From Eledone cirrhosa (Eukaryota), in the NCBI GenBank assembly GCA_964016885.1, contig OZ024741.1, positions 139,810,001 through 139,874,000 on the forward strand: a DNA stretch of 64,000 nt, read 5' to 3'. Numbering within the stretch: the stretch's first letter is position 1; the number at the start of each line of letters is the position of its first letter. This document shows, in pieces, positions 29,301 to 40,713 of this stretch. A model generated the notes under the pieces. That model worked only from the letters and a program-made list of their open reading frames with translations. It was not told the origin of the DNA and made no database searches. A program made the position numbers and the translations under genes.

Positions 29301-31215
29301 TAAGTCAGTAATGCTTAGTTTGTTTGTGATGATAATGTTTTTGAGAATTATGTTAGTCTTGTGTATTATCTTTTGATTCTGTTTGGAGTTCTGGATCTTA
29401 GGGAGGGTGTCTCGTTCCCCCATGTCAGATTCTTTCATTTTCATCCATTCGATCATAATTTCATCCTTCAAGTTGGCAAGTTCATTCTCATTCATTTCTT
29501 TATCATTTACGATCTCATTATTTTCATTTGGAGTTTCATCCTGAGCATGCACTCCCTCCACTTTTTCGCTCCTTTCTTTAATTTGTTCTGTTGCCAGTGA
29601 TTCCGCCCCAACTCTGGGATTCGAAGTGTTACAATTTACCTCGTTTTCACTGACACATGCTTCATTTTCCCTTCGCTGACTTTGTGCTACTAGCTTGATC
29701 TGATCAATTTCTATATCAGTTAGTAACTTTTTTCTTACAATATTTCTTCGTATATTGGCTAGTTTGTTACTGTCAATATAGCCTCTGTTTTCGGGATGTT
29801 TCTTTTTCCAGTTGATATATGTTTGCTCTGTATTCGATGTATTTGATGGGTAGTACATGGCAGTGTAGAAAGCCTCAAGGACTTCTTTATTATCTTCCCT
29901 TGACCATTTTTCTCTCTTTTTCTTTGGATTTCTTGGTGGTGAGCATGGAGGGCCAACAGTAGGAGTATTCCGGTTATGGGAGGTCTCCAGCTCCGAAGTG
30001 ATGGGAAGGTTTGAACCATTAGCTGATTTTTCGACCCCAGTCTGGTTCCTCTCTGAGGGACGCGGCCCTTTTTTACCCGGGTGACGGCCGATCCGGTATG
30101 AGATTTCATCATTAGACATCTACTTTATTTTGTCGCGTTTTATCCTTATCCGCCAAGGGGTAATCTTTTCGTGTTACCACTTCTAGAACGAGTGTCAACC
30201 AAGACTAGAGGGGTCGTTCTCCCCTAGAGACATGGCTATTCCCCGCCGGCCGCCATCCCGGTATTTCTTGGTCACGGGGTTTTCTTTTTGTTGTTTTTTT
30301 TAAATTGTTATTATCATGAGTGGTTCCTTACTGTGAGCATTGCGTGGCTTAAGAATGAAATTATTAATAATTGTCTCCACTCCAGGCCAGCAATCACCCA
30401 GTGCATTACAATAATATAATATACTTTTTGTTGTAGTTGGCTGTTATTGCTGCTGGCTATGTCGGTGGTGGTGCCGGGGCTTTTTATATTGTTGGTGAGG
30501 AAGGGGTGAGCCAGCAGTCCCATAATTGTTGATGTAGACCTTTGTCCGTGGCAAGGTCACCAAGTCAATCTATTTATATCTTTTGCTAGCCTCTCTCTTG
30601 TCTAGTGCTACCACCCCCTTCCCTTTTCTCTCTCAAGTTAACAGGGGAATAGTGTCAGTAGCATTGAATGAGTGGTGGCGGCGATGATGGATGTGGTGGG
30701 GTGGTGGCAGCGGTGGTGTTGTGGTTACTGATATAGTATCTATGAGTTTGTGTTCGTATGTTTAATATATATTTTCATTATATTTTGTGTTGACATATTC
30801 CCGTAAAATTTGAATTAAACATTTTTTTAAATTTGAGACAATAATAATAGTAATTATTATTATGATGCCGGTGAAGTTGCCGTTATATTTAGTGTGATGG
30901 GATAGGTAGTGTATCAAGTTTCTGGTGTTGGTGAAATTGAAATTGCCGCTGTTCTATATAGTGTAGACAGAGGGTGTTTTGTTCCATTTATAACCATTTT
31001 CTTTTTTTGAATACAAAATATATAATACAAAATTGAATATTTGAGCGATACAACAATATAATATGGATCCGAAACTTTATGGGACCTCATTCGGTGCCTT
31101 TATGCAACATTTGTGCTAAGAATTGTTCTTTCACAATTGATTTAAATATGTTAAGAATCAAAAAACTTACGGGAGCAATTTCGTGACGTTCTACCACCTC
31201 GTGCGTCTTCTTCCC
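26311..31215 (-). mobile_element. Apparently full-length R4/Dong-like non-LTR retrotransposon in (TAA)n
   Basis: Intact single ORF, ~140-bp 3' UTR ending in (TAA)n at 26312-26327, and ~1.1-kb 5' region sharing motifs with the neighbouring element. The 5' boundary is inferred. Confidence 0.88.
26469..30119 (-). CDS. R4/Dong-clade ORF: reverse transcriptase + CCHC + restriction-like endonuclease (1216 aa)
   Basis: WKSPGKD, NYRPITCL, EQKG, WIDYKKAFDS, GIFQGDSLSPLLF, HLFYMDDLKL, FGLDKC, YKYLG, GGRGL, CRVC..ETIDHIISIC, RHD, NRPDI..ID..EKLSKY. Confidence 0.96.
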   Translation of the reverse strand: MSNDEISYRIGRHPGKKGPRPSERNQTGVEKSANGSNLPITSELETSHNRNTPTVGPPCSPPRNPKKKREKWSREDNKEVLEAFYTAMYYPSNTSNTEQTYINWKKKHPENRGYIDSNKLANIRRNIVRKKLLTDIEIDQIKLVAQSQRRENEACVSENEVNCNTSNPRVGAESLATEQIKERSEKVEGVHAQDETPNENNEIVNDKEMNENELANLKDEIMIEWMKMKESDMGERDTLPKIQNSKQNQKIIHKTNIILKNIIITNKLSITDLNHLYYASAKVTTHLCGVKMKKQRNSHKKSTWQDNINRQINLLRSDIEILTNYKVGEHVKQTKLRKLKKKYSIRSTCDIDMLIETIKQKVSAKAARIRRFEKRSRFYKDNNMFKNNQRNFYRKIGKSTITAKSIPPKEEVQEFWEKIWAEEKVHNIHAPWIDRQMKETAHLEEQTWENITVEQLRLALRKTSKWKSPGKDKIQNFWINAFTESHELLAQLYNEIVKEPQKIPSWLVNGITFLLPKNDETNNPKNYRPITCLTTMYKILTSVLTEYTYDHLITNDLFPIEQKGCKRGSYGCKDQLLVNKMILEDCHNRHKNLSIAWIDYKKAFDSLPHSWIEKCLEIFKISPVIRRFLSFSMRTWRTTLLLNSETNSLEAGEVNINCGIFQGDSLSPLLFCIALIPLSKMLNETKHGYRVYDKTINHLFYMDDLKLFAKNDEQLQGLLSTVKQFSDDIKMEFGLDKCAKATFTRGKLLKSSDINLDRGNVIRELDQEQTYKYLGVFEGEGIKHSTMRERIRKECYRRVRAILRTELNARNRIDAINTLAIPVVTYSYNVINWSSTEIRRLDTKIRKFLTMHRMHHPKADIDRIYLPRKEGGRGLIQLDIALKTATIGLSTYLRESHDWMIKLVLKHESTKRSYSITKDAQRYSNGLQISEVPFTAEMENTEKAKQVKVTVKKELLQKLAKKWQEKPLYGKYPERANNPDVDKTLTHQWLASSGLKSETEGLIISAQDQCLPTKNYQANIIKNGCSPLCRVCKKQPETIDHIISICSPIAPTEYLNRHDRAAQYIHWIMCKHFDLPHQKNWWEHQPPPILEKDHISILWNFSIQTDRKIDANRPDIILKDFQRRVCLLIDMSVPIDKNVSIKTFEKLSKYKDLEIEIGKMWKLRTKTIPVVVGALGMIPKGSNDYLSQIPGNPRIGEIQKIVLMGTAHILRKILSI

Positions 31216-31216
31216 T

Positions 31217-33765
31217 TATTATTATTATTATTGTTCTTTGAGTCTCAGTCATTATTATTATTATTATTATTGTTCTTTGAGTCTCAGTCATTGATGTTAG
31301 TTAACTGGAAATATCAACACTTTCCACATTACGGACTGACATGTGATAGGTCTATAGTTGGTAACATCATTACCTTTGATCCAGTCTTTCATTACCAGAA
31401 CTATGGTATCTTTTGTCAACCAGTCTGGTACCTCACCTGACCTCAAGCAGTCATTGAACATGGTTATCAGTTTCGGGTGGAGGGATGTTATATATTTAAT
31501 CCAATACCCCTGCGCACCATCTGGGCCTGGTGATTTCCAGTTGGTTAGTTTGTTGGCCTGCCCCTTAAGAGTTTCAACTGTGATACTCAAATCAGTTTGT
31601 TGGTGTGCCTGTTCACTAATCTCCTTTTGTACTGTCTCAATCCACACTGCCTGGTCATTATGTTTAACATCCTGCTCCCATATTCCTCTCCAGAATGTCT
31701 TAGTTTGTTCCGCCTCTGGGATCAAGTCGTTGCCTCTTTCTTTCCCTTCAAGCTGACCAAACAACATCTTCTGGTTGTTGTCAAACATGCGGTTCTGTCT
31801 ATACTGACTGAATCTGTTCTCGTATCGGCTAATTTTTGCACTCTTTGTTACAATGCGTTGCTTCAGTTCCTCTATGATAATATTTAGATTTTCCCTCCTA
31901 GTTTTGTACTTTATTTCCAGTCTATTTTTAGTGTCTATATTTTTAGTGTCCTATTCAGTAGGGACTCAAGCTTTCCAATGTCATTTCTCATTTCCCTGAT
32001 TTGATCATTCAGTCGTTACTTCCACCAAGGTTCTGATCTTTTTTGTTTGTTGTTTCCTCTCACATTTATGCCAAGTAATTTCCTCACCACATTTGCTGTT
32101 GCTTTGAGGATATTGTTGCACTTGTGAAGGCTCCTCGCCTCAAGGTATGGGATGACTTTGTTTAGCTTAGATGTTTCTTTACCTTTTTCCTGTCTACAAA
32201 TCTTAGGTTCATAGGTTTCCCACTATCATTGTTCATTTCATCTACCACTAAGTTTAGGATATCAACCAAATCTTGCCCTAGCCTGTCAGCATTCATCTCC
32301 TCAATGGCCGTATCTTTGTTCCAGGTATTATTTATTTCAGCATTCACATCATTGTCTGCTTCGGATGGTTCTTCCGTTCTCTTAACCTCTTCACCTTCAT
32401 TTCCCACTGGCTCGTTTGCCTGGCACACTCCATTCTCCATTTCCCACCTAATCTCTTTGCTGAGTTCCTCCAGTTCCTGCTCGCTTATCCACTCATTAGT
32501 TCTTATTACCCGAGCCTGCCCGGCCAATTTTTGTTCATCTAATTTAAATAGACCAATCTCGTTCCAGATGTTATGCATCCTTTTCCTATAGCCTTTCTCC
32601 TTTGGGTTACTCGTCAGGTAACATTGGATAACAGTTCTATTCAATTCTTTCGTCCAGTTGGTTCTAGTCGCTTTCCTACTACTTCTTCCTCCGACACCAG
32701 CAGTATTGGGTTGACAGCCCGGTCCCTGCTGCTGAGCCAGGGAACACCTGCTGGGTGAGAGTCTGTCACATGACATTCCAGTCTCCACTTCACCGTTATT
32801 CGAACTGTTTAGGTTCCACATTTAAACACTCTTATCGAGGATTGCTGAATGTATGGTTACATAACCACCGGTGATTTCATCACCTCCGGTGATTAGATCA
32901 CCCCCGGTGATTTGATCAGCCCCGGTGATTTGATCACACCCCCCGCTCCCCGGTGATTTTAGCGTGGCACTATCACACTGTAGACGAACATAAATAAACA
33001 AACAAACAAATAGGTAAAAAAAAACAAAATAAGCATAAGTTTCATTGTAATGTAATGTTTGAATGTCTGACTTAGTTTTTTTTGCTTGTCTGTCTGTCTG
33101 TTTGTTTTTTTTTCCTTTTTCTTTTCTTTACAATTTTAGTTGCTGCTGTGCTGTTTTGTTTTTGATTTTTGATTTTTTGATTTTTTGACCGTGTCATCAA
33201 ATCAGTCTATTTATATCTTTTGATGCCTTCCTCATTTAGTGGGAATACTACGATGCCTGTCTTAGCAGGAGGTAGTGGGAGAGAATAGCGGCGGTAGCGA
33301 TAATGAGGCAGTGGTGGTGGTTGTGATGTGCTAGTAGTACTTAGCAGGAGGTAGTGGGAGAGAATAGCGATGGTAGCGAAGATGAGACAGTGGTGGTGGT
33401 GATGTGATCGTAGTACTGTAGTGATGGTGTTGAAGTTGAAGTAGAAATAGAAGTTGAGGTAACTTGACTAGAGTTTTTTGCGTGGTAGTGGTGATGGTGG
33501 CGGAGGTGGTGTTGGTGGTTAAATTATTTCCCTGTCTGTCCACTTAGCCATTTTTCTCTTTTTAGACTATAACATTTCTGATCCAAAATTAAATATTAAA
33601 TATTGGGGCCCTATGCCGTAATGTGATGCGTTGTCGCATGGTGAGAGTAACAAACTGTAATCTTATATTTCATTTGTAATAAGAATTATTCTATCACAAT
33701 TGTTTTAAATAAGTAAAAATCAAAAACTTACGGGAGCGATTCCGTAACGATATATATCCACCATT
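31217..33765 (-). mobile_element. Second R4/Dong-like family, internally deleted and frameshifted
   Basis: ORF pieces 32162-32821 (NWTKELNRTVIQCY) and 31297-31788 (WKSPGPDG, NYRPITC) are joined directly to a 3' UTR matching 38479-38513; (TAA)n at both ends. Confidence 0.88.
32868..32960. repeat. ~18-bp tandem mini-hairpin repeat (ccggtgattNNatcacc) x4-5 upstream of the Dong-like ORF
   Basis: Visible repeats; each unit has ggtgat/atcacc self-complementarity. Confidence 0.8.
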
Positions 33766-33796
<31 letters not shown>

Positions 33797-34495
33797 TATT
33801 GGCGACCTACGTAGTAAATCGTATCATCATGAGCTCCGCAAAGGTTTGTTATTTCCGTTTGTTAAAAATTGTCATTTATGGAAAATTTTATTGTTAACTG
33901 TTTATAAGCGCACATACATTGTTTTCCGAAAAGGACACCCAAAAAGAATTGGGCCTTGTGCCCAAAATTTAAACTTTTATTATTATCAAAAAAATTTCTT
34001 TGAAAAAATTGGCTAATTCACCTCTGCACGAAGCAGCTGAAAGCCTTCCTCACAAATTAACACCTCACACCGATACCACCATTGTAAATGTTACTACGTT
34101 TGCCAACACAAAAAAAATATAAGCAGTAGCAATATTTTAAATTTGTCTCAGGCAGACATTCATTTCCCGCCATTACCAATGACTGCAGGTGTTAAAGCCT
34201 CCACCACCACCACCACCACCGCGACAACCACCACCACCACCACCACCGTGACAACAGAAACAAAAGAAGAAAAAATAAATTAGCTCGTGATGTCGAAAGT
34301 GATCAAGCAAAATGGACTCTTCCCCACCAAAGACGACTGACGTCACCACCACCACAACTGAAACTAAAATTAATATTAACGATAGCAACAACAACAACAA
34401 TGACATTATAACCCCCCCCCCTCAGTTTCGCCAGAGTAGCAAAACAATTCGAAGCATTTACAGTAACTCAGGAAGATTTAGAAAATGCCAAACAA

Positions 34496-35506
34496 ATGGT
34501 AAAGAAAGATGGGTACAGGGTCAGCCTCACCCCCCACCCACCTAATAAAATGGAGCATCGGCGCCTATGCACCGTGTCATATAGAACAATCAATGTAAAA
34601 TCGCGCCGAGTGGAACAGGCATCCGAGTCCCAAATCCAAAAAGCTTTGGGACATGTGTGGGCAAGAAAAACCCACATCAGACGTGGGCAAAAGTATGGAA
34701 CCGTGGATGTGTTCTTTGAAACACCAGAGGAGGCTAGAGAACACTCCATGGCCCCATTAAAAAGTGACGACTTCACACTCGTCCCAAGCTATTGTGGCCA
34801 GAGACTCGTAAAGATCAGGGTGACCCACGTTCCACCGGCCATCGAAATTCCCTGGCTAATAGCGGCTGTCCTCGCCGGCATCGAAGCCAACACAAAAATA
34901 ATAGCAATAGCAAAGGAAAAGCAGGAAAACTGGTCCGGATCTGGGATGGAGCTCCTAATCCAAGCGGACCAAAAAAGCATTGAGGAGATCCCAGAGGTAA
35001 TAGACCTCACTGACGGCAGCCACCTCACGGTAATTGTCGAGGGCAGAAGACCTAGGTGTGTCGTTTGTGGTGAAGGAACCCACCTAAGGGCTTTCTGCCC
35101 TCAGGCTAAAAGGTTGAGGCCACCTCTCCTACCCACCCCAGTGACACAACCATCAACACCACCAGTAGCAGAGATGGCAGCAACAACCGTAGCAGCAACA
35201 ACAGAAGCAACTATAACAGCAACAACCCCAGCAACAGTAGCAAAACCAACACCACTACCACCACCAGCAAAACCAACACCACCACCACCCAAGGCTTCAG
35301 AACTAGCACCAGCGCCTACACCATCCACCACACCACAACCAAAACTAACGGCTGTGGAGGATTTTCCACTCCCCGGCCTATCACAACTGGAGACAGATTG
35401 TGACGACGAGGAGTGGGAAACGATATCCGGAAAAAAAAAGAAACCAAAAAAGAAAAAATTCTCTTCCTTCTCCCTCCAAAAACAAAATACAGAGGGAAAC
35501 AAATAA
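34496..35506 (+). CDS. Tx1-like ORF1 (gag-like, zinc knuckle, Pro/Thr-rich tail; probably continues by frameshift towards ~35995)
   Basis: VKIRVTHVPP, VEGRRPRCVVCGEGTHLRAFCP (CX2CX4HX4C), EWETISGKKKK; lies upstream of ORF2. Confidence 0.8.
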   Translation: MVKKDGYRVSLTPHPPNKMEHRRLCTVSYRTINVKSRRVEQASESQIQKALGHVWARKTHIRRGQKYGTVDVFFETPEEAREHSMAPLKSDDFTLVPSYCGQRLVKIRVTHVPPAIEIPWLIAAVLAGIEANTKIIAIAKEKQENWSGSGMELLIQADQKSIEEIPEVIDLTDGSHLTVIVEGRRPRCVVCGEGTHLRAFCPQAKRLRPPLLPTPVTQPSTPPVAEMAATTVAATTEATITATTPATVAKPTPLPPPAKPTPPPPKASELAPAPTPSTTPQPKLTAVEDFPLPGLSQLETDCDDEEWETISGKKKKPKKKKFSSFSLQKQNTEGNK

Positions 35507-36030
35507 ACTAAGAAACAAAAAAGTTAGGACAGATATGCCACCATCCACACCAGCATCACCAACCCCATCAACCCAAACACCAACACCATTACCATCATTA
35601 ACTCCAACACCACCATCACCTACACCACAAAAGTCACCAAAATGCGAAACAGAAACAAACCCACAACAAACGCAAACAAAACAAAACAACCAAAACGATA
35701 CACACTACACAGCATTAAATTTGAACAAGAAGCAATTATTACACTACATCCAACACAACACCAGCATCACAGAAACAGACTAAACAACAACCCCAAAATT
35801 CACACCACCTCCACACATACAAATCACTCGCATCACACAGAAAACGTACATGACACTAAAACAAAAATTCCCCAAAGACATCGGAGACTTCCGACAAGCA
35901 CTCTCCAGGAGGATTTATAAGGACATCCTTCCTGAGGAGGCCACAAGCAGTGAAAAGGATGGAAAAACCGTCCTTCCCCTACGAGAAGTAAGGTAAGTGG
36001 TCTTTCCCATCTTTTCCACTCCTTTTCAAC

Positions 36031-38168
36031 ATGACCTCACTCAGAATAGGCAGCATAAATGCGCGTGGCTTGGGGTCGTCATGGAAGCAGGGCCACCTGC
36101 TCAACGACCTCAGGTCACTAAACATAGATGTAGTGGCCATCAGCGAGACCAGAATCTCCGAAGCACAGGCTTTCGCACCGATCTTCGGCGGCTACGATGT
36201 GTACGCATCTCCCAGTCGTCCGGGATCGGGGGGAGGAGTTGCTGTTCTTTTTCGGAGAGGTTTGGATCTTGCCATACGGGCCATCTTCCTGGACCCAGAA
36301 GGTAAGTTGGTGGTGCTGGACGTGACCAGCGGAGACGGGCAAGCTTTCAGGTTAGTGGCCGTCTATGCCCCGACAGGAGCAGGGCGGCCTGATTTCTTCC
36401 GGCGTCTGGAGACCTTTCTTGGAACGTCACGCTCTTTAGTGTTAGTGGGCGACTGGAACGGGATCTTAGATGCACGCTGATATTGTGTGGGATTAGTGGA
36501 TAGGGAAGATTAGTGCAAGAGTCTCACCAACCTGCTCAGACATTTTGAACTGTCTGACAGGTACCGAATGGATTTCCCGAATGTACCAATGTGGACTTGG
36601 ACAAATCGCATAGGGTCATCCAGATCATATCTAGATAGAGTATTTTGTAGGGAAATAGATAGGTCTAGCATAGGCTGTCCACAATTCAAGATAGTCAGCT
36701 ATACGGCCCACAAATTCGTGATCTGTGTGCTTGACTTAGATAGGCTTCATAGGCGAGGACCCGGCTACTGGAAGCTAAACGCGTCCTTACCAGCGCGCAA
36801 GGCCTACAGAGACCGGATTAGCGAACTAGTTAAGCGGGCGTTGACGGGGGCCATCGTCAACAACAAGTGGTGGTTTGCTCTGAAAAGAGCAATTAGAATA
36901 GAGTCCATTAGGTTTAGTAAGACATTAGCAATAGAGAAAAATAGAGCAGAGGGAGAACTAGTTAGAAAATTAGATGAGGCGCTTAGCAAAGGCATCGCGA
37001 CCGACGTACTTGCGGCGAAATTGGGCCTTGACCAATTCTTCAATGCAAAGCACGAAGGCTGCGTTGTCAGAGCTAGGGTGCGTGCTCTCAGACACGAGGG
37101 GACGAAAGCCGTTCAATGGGCCCGAGTGGCGGAGGCGCGTCGTGGCAACAAAGCTAACGATCCGGTCTTTGGTGGACCACGACGGGCGCATGCTACTTGA
37201 TCCCGGGCAAATGTGTGAAGCTTTTCAGCGACACTTCGCTCAACTGTTCGGGGGCAGTGGCGGGCCGGATCGGGGGATGGACTTTAGTGTCTACCTCGAC
37301 GGACTGCCGCGGCTTTCGGCCACTGAGGCGGAGTGTTGCGAAAAGCCGATAACAACCGCTGAAGTACGGGATGCAATGACTAGTTGCACAAGGGGTAAAT
37401 CGCCTGGTTTGGATGGTCTGCCCTATGAACTTTACGTACAAATGCTAAACTTGTTCGGAGGCCTCTTGGCGGACGTCTACTGCAACTGGCAACAGAACGG
37501 GAGAATTCCCAGCTCTGTGAGCCGAGGAGCGGTGGCGCTGCTGAGAAAGGATCCGAACAAGGGGGATAACATAGATAATTTTAGGCCCATAACTCTGCTA
37601 ATCACAGAGTTCAAGATTTTGGCCAAGGTGCTAGCAAAGAGGTTGGCGCTTGTCGTTGGTGTTCTGGTGGGAGAGGCACAGACATGCGCCATTCCCGACA
37701 GATCCATCCACGACAACCTCCACCTCATGCGATACATCGTAGAGAGGGTAGCTAGGAAACCTGGCAAGGGTGGACGAAACCGTCCTGCACGCACTCGTCC
37801 AGTGTCCGAGCATTGCTGACTTGTGGGTTTATGTCGAACACCTGCTGTCACGTGTAGGACGGATCCAGCTATCAGCTGAGTCCATCGTGAGGATTGCCCC
37901 GCCCCCTTCCTTTAGCCGGGAAGGGCAGGCAGTTTTTATCTGTCTGGTGGCCATGGCGAAAGAGATAGTATGGTGGACACGTTTGAAAGGGCTGAAGACG
38001 AGCACTTACCTCTTCGGTGATGCCCTGATTAACTTTTTCAAATTTCATTTGAAAAGGAAAATCAGGGTAGAGAGGGAAGTGCTCTCTTCCCAGCATTTTG
38101 TTGAAAGATGGGTGAGAGAAGCAAGTATGGCCCGAATGAATGGGCCTTCTCTGAGTATGTGTCTGTAA
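36031..38168 (+). pseudogene. Tx1/L1 ORF2 (APE endonuclease + partial RT + C-terminal domain), disrupted
   Basis: SINARGL, ISET, GGGVAVL, VYAP, GDWN, SYLDRVF; KSPGLDGLP, NFRPITLL, QTCAIPDRSIHDNL; deletion near 37770 jumps to DETVLHALVQC; stops and frameshifts. Confidence 0.92.
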
Positions 38169-38410
38169 ATTAAAGGTGGAAAACTGGGAGAGGGCACTTG
38201 CCCTGGTGGTCAGGGCCACTGTGGTCTTTTAATGGGCTTTCTCCACAAATGTCCCTCGGAAGTCTCCCCCCTATTGGGGAATTTTTCTTTGTTATTTTAT
38301 TTCAACCTCTGTTTTTTTACACGCAGAAATGCCCATTTGTATCGTCCTGTATTGTCCCGTACTGTCCTTAATGTCTACTTTATGTAAACCCTTGTGGTTA
38401 ATAAAGAAAA

Positions 38411-38411
<1 letters not shown>

Positions 38412-38464
<53 letters not shown>

Positions 38465-38860
38465 CATTGTTATTACTCCTTGAGTCTCAGTCATTGATGT
38501 TAGTTAACTGGAAAGTTTGTTGGAATGAATATCAAGCCACTACCTGCAGCCTCAGATATTCAGGACGTATCGGAGGGTTCTTGCTGTTCCTAGCAAGCAT
38601 GCCTTTTGAAGCGTTCCAAAAAGCGTGAACGGGCCGATTTTCTTTAACCATCCCTGGAAACTTTTGGAGATAGTCCCCAGTGCGCCTATGACAATCGGGA
38701 TCACTTTGACTTCATGGCAGTTCCAAATCCTTTTTACATCTCACTTTAAGTCCTGGTATCGGTTAATTTTCTCCCTCTCCTTCTCTTGCACTCTCGTGTC
38801 GAATGGGCAGGCCACATCCACAATCAGGCACGATCTTTTTTCTTTGTCCACAATCACCAT
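38412..38860 (-). mobile_element. 5'-truncated 3' end of R4/Dong-like element (same family as 31217-33765)
   Basis: Minus strand reads ..CLIVDVACPFD..EKINRYQDLK*..IWN..VIPIVIGALG..LQKACLLGTARTLRYVL; 3' UTR matches 31277-31311; (TAA)n on both sides. Confidence 0.9.
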
Positions 38861-38876
38861 TATTATTATTATTATT

Positions 38877-38924
<48 letters not shown>

Positions 38925-39429
38925 AAATATATGTATATACAGGATCAACTTCTCAGGTGTATAATAATATTATGAATAAATAAACAGGCTGGTATGATCA
39001 ATGAATAAATAATACATTGATCTACTGTGATTGAACATTAATGTTACTAGTTATTTACACATCAAACGAAGAAAGCACTAATCCATTATACAATCTTGAA
39101 TTTTTTATCATTTTGTTCCAGCAATGATACGGATGAAAAGAATTGCTTTCACTGTAGCTATATATATGGAGATGAAACCGCAGTGTATATATGGACCATC
39201 ATACCAACATTTAATATTATGCATCTTTTAGATAATTCACCTAACTGTCAGCGTTCAATGAAATATGATGGTCAATGCTTAACTAATATATGAGTGTGAG
39301 GTCTGTTTCTTCGTTTATATTGTCGTCCGCTCCGCTCGCAATCAAAATATCAAAATAGCTTATAGTGCACACGCAGACACACATACACACACACACACAC
39401 ACACAGACACACACACACGCACACACGCC

Positions 39430-39529
<100 letters not shown>

Positions 39530-40033
39530 CACAGGCATATAATGCACAAGGAACATTCAAAAACACAAACATACTCACACGTACACGATCATAAGAGTAC
39601 ACAAGATAAGTCTAGCATACAGAATGAAGAGATGATAGGTAACTCTGAAAAAAAATCGAAAAGCAAGTGTAAATGGTGCCGGGTTCCCATCATCGGAATT
39701 CCCTCTTTTCATGTACTCTAACCCTCATACATCAAGTACTACTCGAATGGCTGGTCTTCACAGTAATCGCAATATATATATATATATATATATATATACA
39801 TTGCTTATAAGATATATAATGAGATAGATTTCTATAACTGTGTGTCTGTTTGTGAATTGCTGCATAAATACATACGTAATATAAGTTAACACAGCGGAAT
39901 CATCATTAATATCAATGTAAAACTTATTTAGCCTTCATATGTCTATTCAGTCCCTATCGACAGCAAATTGAAGGGTTATATGTTGACTGGAGGAATGGTA
40001 CAAAATCCCAATGTAAATTTGTAGATGTTTACG

Positions 40034-40210
<177 letters not shown>

Positions 40211-40213
40211 ATA

Positions 40214-40284
<71 letters not shown>

Positions 40285-40285
<1 letters not shown>

Positions 40286-40713
40286 TTGGTAAACGGAATA
40301 GAAAATGCTGACAAATTGTTCACATTTGAAAAATGGTTTAATTAGGAATAAAAGAGTATTAGTGATTGTATGGGTTAGTATTCAGTTGTGGTTTTAAGTT
40401 TTTTAGTTTTTACCGGTTGCGCATTTCTTTAATGGTTTTCAAAAATAATTTTGAGATAGAGTGTCCGTGCTGTTTGCTCTGAATTGAGCAAACAGCACGG
40501 ACACTCTATCTCAAAATTATTTTTGAAAAGCATTTAGAAATGCGCAACCGGTAAAAACTTAAAAACTTAAAACCACAACTGAATACTAACCCATACAATC
40601 ACTAATACTCTTTTATTCCTAATTAAACCATTTTTCAACTGTGAACAATTTGTCAGCATTTTCTATTCCGTTTACCAATATATAATAACTTGTGTGTTAC
40701 ACCTCTATTCTTT

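Larger units (their letters stand above)
33801..38411 (+). mobile_element. Tx1/L1-clade LINE, both ends present but internally deleted, between (TTA)n tracts
   Basis: ORF1 with CCHC knuckle, ORF2 APE + RT N-terminus fused to the C-terminal domain, AATAAA at ~38400, (TTA)n at 33766-33800 and 38412-38463. Confidence 0.9.
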
